64,000 nt of DNA from assembly GCF_018350175.1 (NCBI RefSeq), contig NC_058368.1, positions 107,758,001-107,822,000 on the forward strand. The letters are read 5' to 3'. The notes beneath the pieces are model-generated. The model was not told the origin of the DNA. It was given only the letters and a program-made list of their open reading frames with translations, and ran no database searches. The position numbers and the translations under genes are program-made. Positions 36,557-48,725 of the stretch are shown one piece after another (position 1 is the stretch's first letter; every line of letters begins with the position of its first letter). The DNA comes from Felis catus (Eukaryota).

Positions 36557-36952
36557 TTTTCTAATCTTCTCATTTTTTTTATTTCAGGGGAGTTGAGTTC
36601 ATTCTATCTCCCCTGTTGCAATAGTCTTGAATAAAGTCTTCCATGCTATTTTCAACAAGTGACCAGTGCAATTTTTCTTTTACAGGGATGAGGTGAGGGA
36701 GAAAAGAGGACCACTGCTGGATGGTTGAGTGGACACTATAAGGACTCCTCCCAAAGAATCAGCCTAATGCCACTCTTCCCTGCTAACAAGCTGTGGTTCC
36801 ATCCTCTACCTTCCAGAGCTGACTAAAGCTAATGGGGCCTGTGATTGTCCTGTGAGTCTGAATGTTTAGTTGAACATAAGAAGATGCCTCATGCATGTTG
36901 CACTTATGATTACCCTATCCTACTATCTCACTACTACTTTTCATTTTGTTTT

Positions 36953-37172
36953 TTAAGTCTTATTTTTTGTTGTTGTTTATTTATTTATTTTGAGAAAGAG
37001 ATAGCATGAGCAAGGGAAGGGCAGAGAGAGAGAGGGAAAGACAGAATCCCAAGCATGCTACACGCTGTCATTGCAGAGCCAGCAGCGAGGCTCAATCTCA
37101 CAAACCATGAGATCATGACCTGAGCCAAAATCAAGAGTTTGACGTTTAACCCTCTAAGCCACGCAGGTTCCC
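36953..37172 (-). mobile_element. Older Can-SINE
   Basis: Reverse body; TSD tc(a/g)ttttgtttt (36941-36952 / 37173-37184). Confidence 0.92.
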
Positions 37173-37174
37173 TC

Positions 37175-37234
37175 GTTTTGTTTTGTTTTGTTTTGTTTTG
37201 TTTTGTTTTGTTTTGTTTTGTTTTGTTTTGTTTT
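37175..37234 (+). repeat. (GTTTT)12 microsatellite
   Basis: Directly visible. Confidence 0.97.
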
Positions 37235-38842
37235 AGTGGAGTTTACTTTCAACCAAAAAGGCAAGTAAAAACAGAAAGTGAAATGATGAATCCCAGTTAA
37301 CTTGCTTCATAGTTTTCAGCAGCCTGATCTTTTTTGTCTTTACGTGATACTTAATTACTATTTTATGGCTTTTGAGAAAATCCTCCTGGACTTGCCCTTA
37401 TAATGGAGCTGCTTTACTGTGTGGGGAATTTTGAAGAACAATTCAGGTATTTTAGTTAGCTGCAAACAGAATAGCAGCTTATTCATATGTAAAGGAGATA
37501 ACCACTATATAATCTTCAAAAAGCAAGATTTCTCAGAAAATTAGCAGAAAGAAAAAAAAAACAACCCTACAGGCATTCTGGGACCAGTGAAGTTTGTTTT
37601 TGCATTTTGGAGGATAAGGATGTGAGGAAAACTGATTGCCTGGCAGCTAATGAAGAAGCTGCTCTTGGGCAGGCTGCCTGGGGTCATCTCATAAAAAAGC
37701 AGAAAACCAATTTCAGGTATTTCTAGATTCTTTGAAAAACCTTGAGAGTTCAACTTTGAGTGTATATGATAAGCTGTCTCTTTGTATTGTCTACTGGGGT
37801 GCTTTTATTTGGTAACTTTCAATTAATTATTAGTCCAGGGCTGCACCATTTCCTCATCAGAATTTCTCAGCACATTCACGCAGCCTCAGCTTGGGCAGGA
37901 TGATGGTAGATGTTCCTTCCTGAGGGCTGAATGTGTTTTTCAAAACAATTACATAGATTCAATTGATCAAGCCAGAAACGCTGTTCAAAGACCTATAGAT
38001 AGAACAGAGAAGAACCAAAGAAGGAAAAGGGGAACTTTTTGACTCATTTTAATTCTTTTAATGATCTTTTACATGTAGGTCATGTATTTGAAAGGAAGTA
38101 TGTTTAGGACTTGGAGAAATTATTTCAAATATATTCTAACTCTAAAATTAAAGCACATTCCAGCAGATAATGGATTGCTGCAAAATGATTATACACACTT
38201 TATCTAAAGAGCTGTCAAGAATTTATAAATGAATACCACATTGTCTGAAGTACTTAGAGAATACAGACAGCTTCCTTGCACTAATGCTAGCTATCGGCTG
38301 TTAACGCATAATAATTATGTCTTCACTGATAATTCTTGCAAGAACTTGTTTTCTGTATCTCATTATTGTAATTCTCTTCTCCCATCACCTTCTCCTGTTT
38401 TTAACCTTTCCCTTTTGATTTTTATTATTTGGTCTATATAGAGATGAATTCTTTGGAATATGAAAAGAGTTAATAGATAATGGGTTTTGTAGAGACATGG
38501 ATGGCACATTTAAATCTAGAGAAGTGACATTAGCTTAAATAAGAAAAATAATAAAAACATCCCTGGAACTATTCCAGACAGCTTTGCATGTCACAGATAA
38601 AGGACTATGAGATATTGTAGGAGAAATTTGGACTTAAGATGTGGGGAAATGGGACTCTGGCAGAAAGTCAATTAAATTCAGCAGCGAATCCTAAGCTTAG
38701 TGCATGCAATGTGCTTAGACGCCATAGGAGTTACACAGGTGAAGAAGACCCTGTGTATATTTGTGGAATTTATGATTGCACCGAGTTCCTTACTACTCAG
38801 GAGTCCTCTCTTTGAAAGTAAGGTTAACTTCTAGCCATTTTA

Positions 38843-38890
38843 TTTTTTAAATTTTTTTTAATGTTTCTTTATTTTTGAGAGAGAGAGAGG

Positions 38891-38948
<58 letters not shown>

Positions 38949-39093
38949 AGGGGAGAGGTAGGGAGAGCGAGGTACAGAATCCGAAGCAGGCTTCAGGCTC
39001 TGAGCTGTCAACAGAGAGCCCGATGCAGGGCTCGAACACATGAACTGTGAGATCATGACCTGGGCGTGACCGACTGAGCCACCCAGGCACCCC
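38843..39093 (-). mobile_element. Can-SINE with long (GA)n, nested in the tail of the next SINE
   Basis: Reverse body ending 'gccacccaggcacccc'; (GA)n at ~38877-38944. Confidence 0.94.
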
Positions 39094-39233
39094 TTTTTTT
39101 AATTTTTAAATTTATTTTGAGAAAGAAAAGGGAAGAGGCAGAGAAAGGAGAAAGAGAACCCCAAGCAGGCTTGCTCCGTCAACACAGACTGCAAGGTCAT
39201 GACCTGAGCTGAAATCAAGAGTCAGGCTCTCTG
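39094..39233 (-). mobile_element. Older, 5'-truncated Can-SINE (host)
   Basis: TSD acttctagccatttta (38827-38842 / 39234-39249) brackets both SINEs. Confidence 0.88.
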
Positions 39234-39499
39234 ACTTCTAGCCATTTTAAATTCCTGCAACTTAGCACAGGACCAGTCAATGCCCAGGAAATAGTGATTG
39301 AACTAAAACACGCAAAATACCCTTACAGGAATAAAAATGTGAATTACCTAATACATTGGTAAGAAAACTGCCATATTAATTAATCAAGAAATCTTTCTCT
39401 ACAGCACCAATAAACCTTTAAAAGTATATCTCAGCTCTCCCTTTGAGTTAACGGAAGCCCCGTCTAGATTTAACAGATGAGAAAAGCAAACTAAAATAA

Positions 39500-39740
39500 A
39501 AATAATAACCATGTATTGAGCTACTGAGTTTTTATATAGTATTGAGTATTCTACGGGGTGCTTTACACGTTTTATCTGACTTTATTCTCAAATCATTCTG
39601 GGAAGATACAAAGAAGCAAATAAAGCCCCTGGTGGTGAATAATTTTTACACAGTTATGTACTTAATAAGGGGAAAAACTAGGATTGCAGTTCTGTTTTCT
39701 TTAATTTCAGAGCCCATGTTTCTTCCGTTGATTTTCACGG
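39500..39740 (-). mobile_element. MIR fragment
   Basis: 'aataataaccatgtattgagc..gtgctttacacg..tttattctca..cagagcccatgttctt'. Confidence 0.5.
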
Positions 39741-39899
39741 TTCTGAAGCATGAGATTACCGGCAGCCACTAAATACATGCTTCCATTATGCCAGAAATTT
39801 TGACAAGTGCTTGTATTTGAAGGTTAATGCATTCAAGACTTACTGGGAATTTCTCACTGATAAAAGGTAGGTAAACTTTGATTTTCCTAAATGAGCAAT

Positions 39900-40070
39900 C
39901 TGAAACTGATATTTAAGACCTTTTCCTCTCTGCCTCAGCCAAAATCCAGCTGCAAATTTTTGGACAAATCTAAGTATCAGTTTGCTCATCTATAAAATGG
40001 GGTTCATGATAATGGTTATCTCATAAGGTTTGAGTATATAGTAATTTAATTTGCCAAGTATCACGCCTGA
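39900..40070 (+). mobile_element. MIR fragment
   Basis: 'tcagtttgctcatctataaaatgggg..ataat..tctcataaggtt'. Confidence 0.6.
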
Positions 40071-40399
40071 AAAAAAGAAAATCAGCCAATGTTTCCATGA
40101 TACTGGTAGTGTAAGATAGGTCACATTTTATATTTGTCTAAATGGAGTTAAATCTTGATTTAACATCCATGTGCCAACGTTGGCTCTATCTCCAGCATCA
40201 CTCCTCCATTATATGGAAATAAATTCCAAAGTTTATTCAGTTAATTTAAGAAAAAGGCTAAGGGGCATGGTCTTTTGCTTGTCTTGGCCATGATGCTGTG
40301 CCTCCTTGTGGTATGCAGGGCCCTGGCACAGCTGAAGCTGCAGACAGGACATGTTCTCAGCCTCAGCCATGGGAATATCACTGGAGTACCCAAGACCAA

Positions 40400-40910
40400 G
40401 GTTCCTACTTTGCATCCTACACAGTCATTCCCGTAGCTGTCCCCTTCAGAGTTCCTGCCAGCTCAAGGCTCCTGTGAGCTGGAGGGACCCAAGCGTTGGA
40501 GGTCATCAAAAACATGACTGCTTATTGACCCACAACCTAGATCCAGGCAATCAGAGACTCTTTCCCCCATCCCTCGTCCTTGAAAGGCGCATTCTGCCCA
40601 CCGTACGCACAACAGGACCTGTTTGAAGTATGTAGCCTTGAGAGAGAGAAATGCGTTATTGAGACCATCTGGAGAGTAATACGTGACAGAACCCAGTGCA
40701 GGCCTCCATGTAAACTTTTAAAATTCTGCCAGGTGGGTATGGAAAGCTACTCCGCTTGTGGCCACCCAAGACAAGCCTTGTATGTAAGTTCCCTTGCTTG
40801 TTAAAACTGCCACCTACAAGCTCTAGTGGTCTCACTCTTTCTTCACTGTCTCCTTGCCCTCTCTATACAGTAGCCAGTTTCACATTTCACTCAGGAAAGT
40901 CAAGCCTTGA
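40400..40910 (+). mobile_element. ERVL solo LTR (MER74/MER73-like)
   Basis: 'gtatgtaagttcccttgcttgttaaaactgccacctac..agtggtct..ctctttct' is characteristic of this group; approximate. Confidence 0.55.
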
Positions 40911-40970
40911 ACCAACACCAAGTTGCAGCCTTCACCTTTCTACCTCCACTTAAGAGGATTGCCACACTCT

Positions 40971-41198
40971 GGGTGGACTCCTGGGAGGCTTACTTGGTTA
41001 AATGCTCTACTCTGGATTTCGGCTCAGGTCATGATCTCATTGGTTCGTGGGATCTAGGCCTGTGTTGGACTCTGAGCTGACAGTGTGAGGGCTGCTTGGG
41101 AATCTCTCTGTGCCCTCTCTCTCTGCCTCTCTTTCTGTCTTGCTCTCACTCTCTGTCAAAATAAATAGATAAACTTAAAAAAAAAAACAAAAAACAAA
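40971..41198 (+). mobile_element. Older Can-SINE
   Basis: Degenerate TSD aagaggattgccacactct / aagagggttccacactct. Confidence 0.92.
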
Positions 41199-41584
41199 AA
41201 GAGGGTTCCACACTCTAGGCTGAAGCCTTGTTCCTCCTCAGTTGGGGATAATACATAGCTCTGTACCATCCCCTCTCAAACAGAATCAGCTCCTTTTAAT
41301 TGCCCAGACTTGGTAAAAGGGACTCTGCAGGGTTGCTGAGAATGGATTTTCCATTTCAGTTTTGAAGCCCTGATAGATTGTTAGTCATCTGCCCCTTCCC
41401 ATCTCCCAGTTATTTCTCTGTACTTACCTCATCGTGGACCAGTAAGGCTAGTCAACAGACTGTATCTTCAGTACAGCACTGTTATACATACTTCTTCATC
41501 ATAATATACATATTTTTCTGTATTTTTCTTTTTGGCCATTTAACATTATATCTTGGAGCTCTTTCAATGGAAGTCCAAATTTAG

Positions 41585-41700
41585 AGCAATCTGTGGACAC
41601 GTGAAACTGAGTAGGGAAAAAAACCCTAGTTTTTGTGAAGTACTGAGATGTTTGAGGCTGTTTACAACACAATACTACCTAGTAAAAGCTGAGTGCGACA
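41585..41700 (+). mobile_element. MLT1 LTR 3' fragment
   Basis: 'tgtgaagtactgagatgtttgaggctgttt..cctagtaaaagctga..aca'. Confidence 0.5.
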
Positions 41701-41719
41701 CATATTTCTACTTGTCTTA

Positions 41720-42155
41720 CTAACACTATCTAGAATGAATCACTATCAGTTATCTTGCCCTTAAAACAAGTAAGAGAATTAACAATATGTTTTTCTGCTT
41801 TATTTGTTCAACATTGGTTCATATATCCCACTTCTTCCTTATGAATTCTCTTTTCTTTTTGCTGGAATATATTGTAAGGTAACTCTTTCAGAGGAAGTCT
41901 ATGGGTAGTAAACTGAGTTCTTTCCTTGTCTTAAAATATTGTGATTTTTCCTTCACAAACATGGTAGTTTATTTGTGCAGAGGTGTCTAGGTTCCAAGAT
42001 ACTGTGTCAGTTGCTGCTGTACTTGAAGGATAACTTGGCTGTTTTATTTATTTATTTACTTACTTACTTACTTACATACTTGCTTACTTTTAATTTTTTA
42101 ATGTTCATTTATTTATTTGGAGACAACGCGAGTGTGAGGAGGAGTGGGGCAGAGA

Positions 42156-42191
<36 letters not shown>

Positions 42192-43200
42192 CAGAGACAG
42201 AGAGACAGAGAATCCCAAGCATGCTCCATGCTGCCAGCACAGAGCCTGACATGGGGCTTGAACCCACAAACTGAGACCATGACCTGAGCTGAAACCAAGA
42301 GTTGGATGCTTAACCGACTGAACCCTGCAGTGGTCCCTAACTCAGCTGTTTTAAATGATTGGATGACACTTTACTTTCTTATCACCTTGTAGCTATGTCT
42401 TCCATGACTCCTGGCATGAAGAGTAGCTACAGAGAAGACTAAAGCCACCTGACTTTTCCCTGTATACATCGCTTCCTTTTCTAATTGGATGAGCAAACAC
42501 CTCTTTCTTCAGGTAAATTCTTTGCTTAGCTAAGTTCTAAAACATGTTATATCTTAGTGTTGATCATTCTTTAAACAAACTTTCATGAGACATCTGGGAA
42601 GTAGAGTGTTCTTTCGTTATGCAGATTAAAACTTTTCTATAATTTGAAATTTAAAAACTTTTTTTGGTATTTGCATGGTTTTCAGTTCCATTAATCATAA
42701 ATTCTGCTTCATGAGCGCTAAGTATGTATGTGTAGATCTTCAGCCTTCAGTCTACCATTTTCTTCATAATTAGTTCTATAAATTTTTTATTTTCCATTAT
42801 TCTTTATTTGTAATTTCATCTGTCCTTTCAGCATGTACCTGAATATGTTAAGTCATCTTGAGCCCATTTTTAGTTGTTTTAATATAGACTTTCTTCACTC
42901 TCTTTTCGTGTTATTCTAGCACCCAGTTAGTTCCTCTTATCTTCTGTGGTCTTAGCAACTACCTTATCTGTCTTTCTTGTGAGCTTTTCTTTTATGGGGA
43001 GGTAGTGTCGCCTAAATTTATTTGAGGCCATAGAGACTTACTTCCAGAGCTCCTAATCTGTTTGACATTTGCTTTTGCAATATATGTTCTTCATCTGTCT
43101 GCTTTTTATTTTCCCTCTCTACTTTTTTTGGAGCATATATACATATTTAAAAAATTTTTTTGTTCTTTTGCTTTTAATGGATGAAGCTATTTGAAAAAAA
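41720..43200 (-). mobile_element. Ancient L1M fragment(s)
   Basis: 'tctatgggtagtaaactg..ttgtcttaaaatat..tttttccttcac..tctaggtt..gagaagactaaagccacctga', reverse L1 ORF1 region. Confidence 0.5.
42047..42337 (-). mobile_element. Older Can-SINE with (TTAC)n tail and (GAGACA)n tract
   Basis: TSD taact(tg/ca)gctgtttta (42031-42046 / 42338-42353). Confidence 0.93.
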
Positions 43201-43949
43201 ACATGTTTGGAAAAACTGAGTAGAGGTGGAGGTCATGTGAGCTGGAACACTATTAGGTGTAGGTTTCTCATCTTAAAAACCCTCTTAGAAAACCTCTGAT
43301 TTCCTCTGTTTTGGGACACCTCTGATCTCAGCTTTCAGTGTCCTGGCAGTTTTTATATGTCTCAAATCTTTTATGTCCCAGCTCTGTTGCTGAGATCAAG
43401 TAGTGTGCAGTAACTGGGTCTGCTCTTGCCTTGACCCCTTTTTATCCATCCGTGAACAGTCCAGGTCATAGACCAGAAAAATAACATACCAGCATGATAA
43501 TCCATTCCATTCCACTTTCCCTCTGTCCCTGTTAAGTTTACCGTCCCTATTACCTTTGTTAATCCTCTCGTCCTTCCAAATCTTGTTGCTCACTTGGGAC
43601 AGAATCATTAGTTTTTAGAAAAGTGTTTCTTATTCACAACTTAAGCCTGTACCTACCTGTTCCTAATGTCCTCCTTGTTTGGTCTAGATATCCCAGAGTG
43701 GAAAAAATACCTCACATTTTATAATTTAACTGCATATGAAGATTTCTCTTTTTGCCTTCTTTCAGATGTTTTTAGTTGGTTTCATGGGATTGAGAGTACA
43801 GTAAAAAGAAACTTTTCTCCATTATCTTCAACTGAAAAACCAAAAACCTTTGAAAATATTGAAATGACATGGTGAAAGCTGTCTCCTAATAATTTTTGTT
43901 GATATGAATTACAGAAATGCTTAAGATATAGAATAAACAGAGCTTACTG

Positions 43950-45100
43950 ACACATAGAATATAGAAGCCAGGGAAAAGAGAGTTATTAAGGGCAGTCATT
44001 ACATCTTCTTGGTCTGAGGTACTAGGAAGACAGTGGTGCCACTCATTTGATGAAGTCTGGAAGGCCAGACTACTATGGGAAAGTGTACGGAAGATTCCAT
44101 CTTAAACATATTAACATTGAGAAATTAACATTAACATGACATTAAAATTAACATCAATACGGAGAAATCTCCAAGATATCCTGTGAGGATTTCACATCTA
44201 CTCTTGGATATGAGTCTGGATCTCAGGGAAGAGATTTGGGTTTAATATGAATTTGGGATGGGTTAGCCTAAATATGGTAATTAGAGCCTTGAGGATGGGT
44301 TGCTCTTGGAGGTTGTATAGATAGAGTAGAAGGCAAACTCTGAGACATTCTGATGTTGAGAGGTCAGGTATTAGAGCAAGACCCAAAGGAGGCTGAGGTA
44401 GGAGGAAAACACAGTGTCTCTGAAGGCAAGAGGTGATACAGTTTTAAGAAGAAAGAGTCAACGGTATTAAATGAGTGTGAATGTCAGAGTAGAATAAATA
44501 GAGTTCCCATTGGATTTGGCAACATGAAAGTCACTAGTGGTCCTGGCAAAAGCAGCTTCGGTACATTGTTGGGTAAGGAGCAATATTGCGGTGGCTCATT
44601 TTAACGAGTTAGATGACAGTGAGGAAATGGAGGAAAAGTTGACATTTTTAAGAGGTTTGACTGTGAATAGTTGACTCATATAAACAGGTAGTGAGATGGA
44701 ACATCTAGCGTTTTTGTTTAATCTTAACATGAAAGATACTAGAGCATGTTTGTATTCCACTAGAAGTGATACGTAGAGGGAAAGAGATTAATTACACAGG
44801 AGAGAATCAGATGATTGACATTGTATAGACCTTTTAAAAACGTGAGAGAGAATTTGATCTAGAGCTAAAGCAAAGTCTCTCTGTGGAGAGAGGCATGGTC
44901 ATTTCTTTTGTTGAGACAAGATGGAAGATGAGGAATGGGGGTTAATACAGGAAGATTTTTTTAATTTAGTGATGGGAAAATGATGAAATTTCTTTCTGAT
45001 GGCTTCTGTTTTCTCTGTAAAATTTGAGGGGAAGTCACCAAATTGCTAAGGGGGAACCATTTTGTGAGGCTTGAGATAATGAAGGTATTAGAAGTATTTT
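43950..45100 (-). mobile_element. L2 fragment
   Basis: 'ttggatatgagtctggatctcagggaagagatttggg..ccattggatttggcaacatgaaagtcactagtg..ttctgatggcttctgttttctc'. Confidence 0.75.
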
Positions 45101-45254
45101 CAGTGTTGTTAAGAACTCAAAACATCTGCCCTCTTATACTTGATATATTTAAATATTTGTTTTATAGTCAAGGATTCTTTTTCCAGAAAATAGTTAATGA
45201 AACCATTAAACCAAGGCAGAATGCCTACTGATATAATACTGAATTAACTAGGCC

Positions 45255-45400
45255 TTATTAGTGTATCCATTTTATAGATTAAAAAACACGAGCCGTACAG
45301 ATATTAAATAATGTGCTCAGTGTGATACAGTTGGGACATGAGGGAACTGGAATTCAGTCCAACTGTCTGATCTCAGAGCTTGGCCTGTTAATCACTTCAA
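45255..45400 (-). mobile_element. MIR fragment
   Basis: 'atccattttatagatt..acagatattaaataatgtgctcag..ctggaattca..tgtctgatctcagagct'. Confidence 0.6.
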
Positions 45401-46713
45401 TAGATTACCTGTACCTGTCATAACATTTAGACCACATGCACACACAATGAAAAGATTTTTATTCATTACTATCCTTATCTCTGTTTCAGATCTTCTCCTA
45501 ACCCACCCAACAATGTTTTCACTTCTAGCTAAAATGAACACTTTATTTCTACATTACTAAAATCAAACAGTCAGAAATAGAACTATACATTCTCACCTTT
45601 GCATTTTCCATACATATCAAGAGTTTTTATTTTTAACCTTTAATGAACAAGCAGTAATGAAATAGCTAGAAATTTGGCAGAACGCTATAATGTACCTTGT
45701 GAATGTATGTCTTCATGAATCATCTCCCCTCTCAATCTGATGTTAAGATTTCCTTTTATAAACAAGTTAATTTTTCTACACCCTGGTTTCCTTTCACTTT
45801 TGTTTTTTAATAAGTCAAAAACAAGAATGCTGAGATTTGACAGAGTATCTATATAAAGCAGAGAAGAACAAAAAGGTACTGTCTTGGCATTGAGTTAATG
45901 AATTGTATTTAAAATACCCTGAAAGATGTTGGAATAACGTGGGTGTGTTATTCATGAATCCTGTTTCTCTCTCCTGTTTTTCTTTGCTTAGAAGTGCCAT
46001 CTGCAATTTAGATGCAAAAGTTTCATTTGACATTTCAATTATGAAAGATAATTTAATAGTGGATAGCAGATCTTTAGCTAGAGAGAGACAATGCAATAAA
46101 AAGAAAGAAACCATTACCAGGGGAGGGGTAAGAAAAGGAAACTGAAAAAAGTTCTATGATTCCTAGTTTCTAACATATTGGTCATTTATTATCAAAGTTT
46201 ATGAAATAGGCTTGAATTATTATTCTATTTTGTGGAAGAAGAAAGTGAAACATCATAAAAATGTATAATTCGGTTTGGGGCATATGGTATATTAATTATG
46301 TATACTGCATAAAATTGATGTCTCTCCCTTTCTTCTAAGTTTCTTCTTGCTCACCTTGATTCAAGAAATGTTGGTTGTGTGGGTGTTACTGCTGACCTAT
46401 ATTGGGAAAAAGTGGAAAGATTATAATTAAAATTCAACTGGAAAAGGCTAACCATGAAATTAAATTCAACCTGAGATTTCAGTATCTTAATGTATTACCC
46501 AATTTTTAAGATCTTCTTTTATTGGGGAGAGGAGAATGTAAATATTGACCACACAATTGAAGAAAAGCAAACAAGATGGAATGCTTGACTAAAGGCTAAA
46601 TTTCCAAATGTGTTAATTTTATTTTTCTTCTTGGTTGAGTGGCTCTGCCTGAGAGCTATGTTATCCAGACCACAAGAGCCAACATATATATGGCTTAAGA
46701 ATAAAGAGCCTTA

Positions 46714-48725
46714 CATCCACATTAAAGAGGAAGAAATAAAACTTTCATATTTGATTATATGATACTATATATAGAAAACCCTAAAGACTCCACCAAAAAA
46801 CTACTAGAAATGATAAATGAATTCAGTAAGGTCACAGGATATAAAATCAATCCAGGATATAAAATCACAGGATATATAATGCAATCCATGTCAAAACGCC
46901 AATAACATTTTTCACAGAACCAGAACAAACAATCCTAAAATTTGTATGAAATCATAAAAGATCCTGAATAGCAAAAGCAGTCTTGAAAAGGAAAAACAAA
47001 CCTGGAGACATCACAATTCCACACTTCAAGTTATATTACAAAGCTGCGGTAATCAAAACAGTATGGTACCGACACATAAATGGACATATAAATCAATGGA
47101 ACAAAATAGAATAGCCAGAAATGAACCCACAATTATACAGTCAATTAACCTTCAACAAAGCAGGAAAGAATATCCATTGGGAAAAAGACAGTCTCTTCCA
47201 CAAATGGTGTTGGGAAAACTGGACAGCTACATGCAAAAAAATGGAACTGGACCACTTTCTTATGCCATACACAAAAAACAAACTCAAAATAGATTAGGAA
47301 CCTAGATGTCAGACCTGAAACAATTAAAATCCTAGAAGAGAGCACAGGCAGCAATTTCTCTGACATTGGCATAACATCTTTCTAGATGAGGCAGTGGAAA
47401 CAAAAGCAAAAATAAACTTTTGGGAGTACATCCAAATAGGAAGCTTCTACCTATGGAAACAACCAACTAAACTAAAAGACAACCTATGGAATAGAAGAAG
47501 AATAAATGACATACCTGATAAAGGGTTAGTACCCAAAGTATATAAAGAAATAATACAACTCAGCACCAAAAAAACCACCAATAATCCAAATAAAAGGTGA
47601 ACAGAAAACACGAACAGACATTTCTCCAAAGAAGATATACAAATCGCTAACAGATACATGAAAAGATGCTCAACATCACTCTTATCGGGGAAATGCACAT
47701 CAAAACTACAGTGAGGGGCGCCTGGGTGGCTCAGTGGGTTAAGCGTCCAACTTCAGCTCAGGTCATGATCTCACAGTCTGTGGTTCAAGCTGCACGTTGG
47801 GCTCTGTGCTGACAGCTCAGAGCCTGGAGCCTGCTTTAGATTCTGTGTCTCCCTGTGTCTCTCTGCCCCTCCCCAGCATGTGTGCGCGCACATGTGCTCT
47901 CTCCCTCTCTCTCTCACTCTCTCTCTCTCAAAAAAAAAAATAAATAAATATTTAAAAAGATATTTTTAAAAACTGCAATGAAATGTCACCTCATACCTGT
48001 CAGAATGGCTAAAATCATAAAGACAAGAAACAAATGTTGGTGAGGATGTGGAGAGAAAGAAATCCTCATGGACTGCTGGTGTGCATGAAAACTAGTGTAG
48101 CCACTCTGGAAGACAGTATGGAGGTTTCTCAAAAAGTTAAAAATCTAGTAATGGCACTACTGGGTATTTTACTAAAGAATACAAAACCACTAATTCAAAG
48201 GGATACATGCGCCCGTCTGTTTTTAGCAGCATTATCTACAATAGCCAAACTTTGGAAGCAACCTAAGTGTCCATCAATAGATGAATGGATAAAGAAGATG
48301 TGGTATAATATATACAACAGAATATTACTCAGCCATAAAAAAAATGATGATGATAATTATCATCATCTTGCCACTTGCAGCAACATGGATCAATCTAGAG
48401 AATAGAATGCTAAGTGAAATAAGCCATTCAGAAAAAGACAGATACCATATGATTCCCCTCATATGTGGAATTTAAGAAACAAAACAAATGAACAAAGGGA
48501 AAAAAGTGATAAACCAAATAACAGACTCTTAATTGTAGAAAACAAACAGATGGTTACCAGAGAGAAGGTGGGTGGGAGGATGGGTGAAATAGGGGAAGAG
48601 AATTAAGAGTGCACTTATCTTGATGAGGACTGAATAATATATGGAATTTCTGAATCATGGCATTGTACACCTGAAATGTATATAACACTATATGTTAACT
48701 ACACTGGAATTAAAATTTTAAAAAG
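46714..48725 (+). mobile_element. 5'-truncated carnivore L1 (RT to 3'UTR), internally deleted
   Basis: ORF2 fragments (47063, 47394, 48034 'IAKLWKQPKCPSIDEWIKKMW'); same 3'UTR type as the 7455-14165 L1; TSD aagagcctta (46704-46713 / 48732-48741). Confidence 0.94.
47715..47968 (+). mobile_element. Can-SINE in L1
   Basis: TSD aaaactacagtga / aaaactgcaatga. Confidence 0.94.

Larger units (their letters stand above)
35179..36684 (+). mobile_element. ERV1 solo LTR (MER67/MER4-group-like), interrupted by a SINE and an L1
   Basis: Starts TG, ends 'ttttaCA'; motifs 'cttagagcatt..ttgtaaattc..tttgagatgtaaatcttc', 'atgtaatcatcaagaaagatagg', 'gcaatagtcttgaataaagtc'. Confidence 0.75.
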
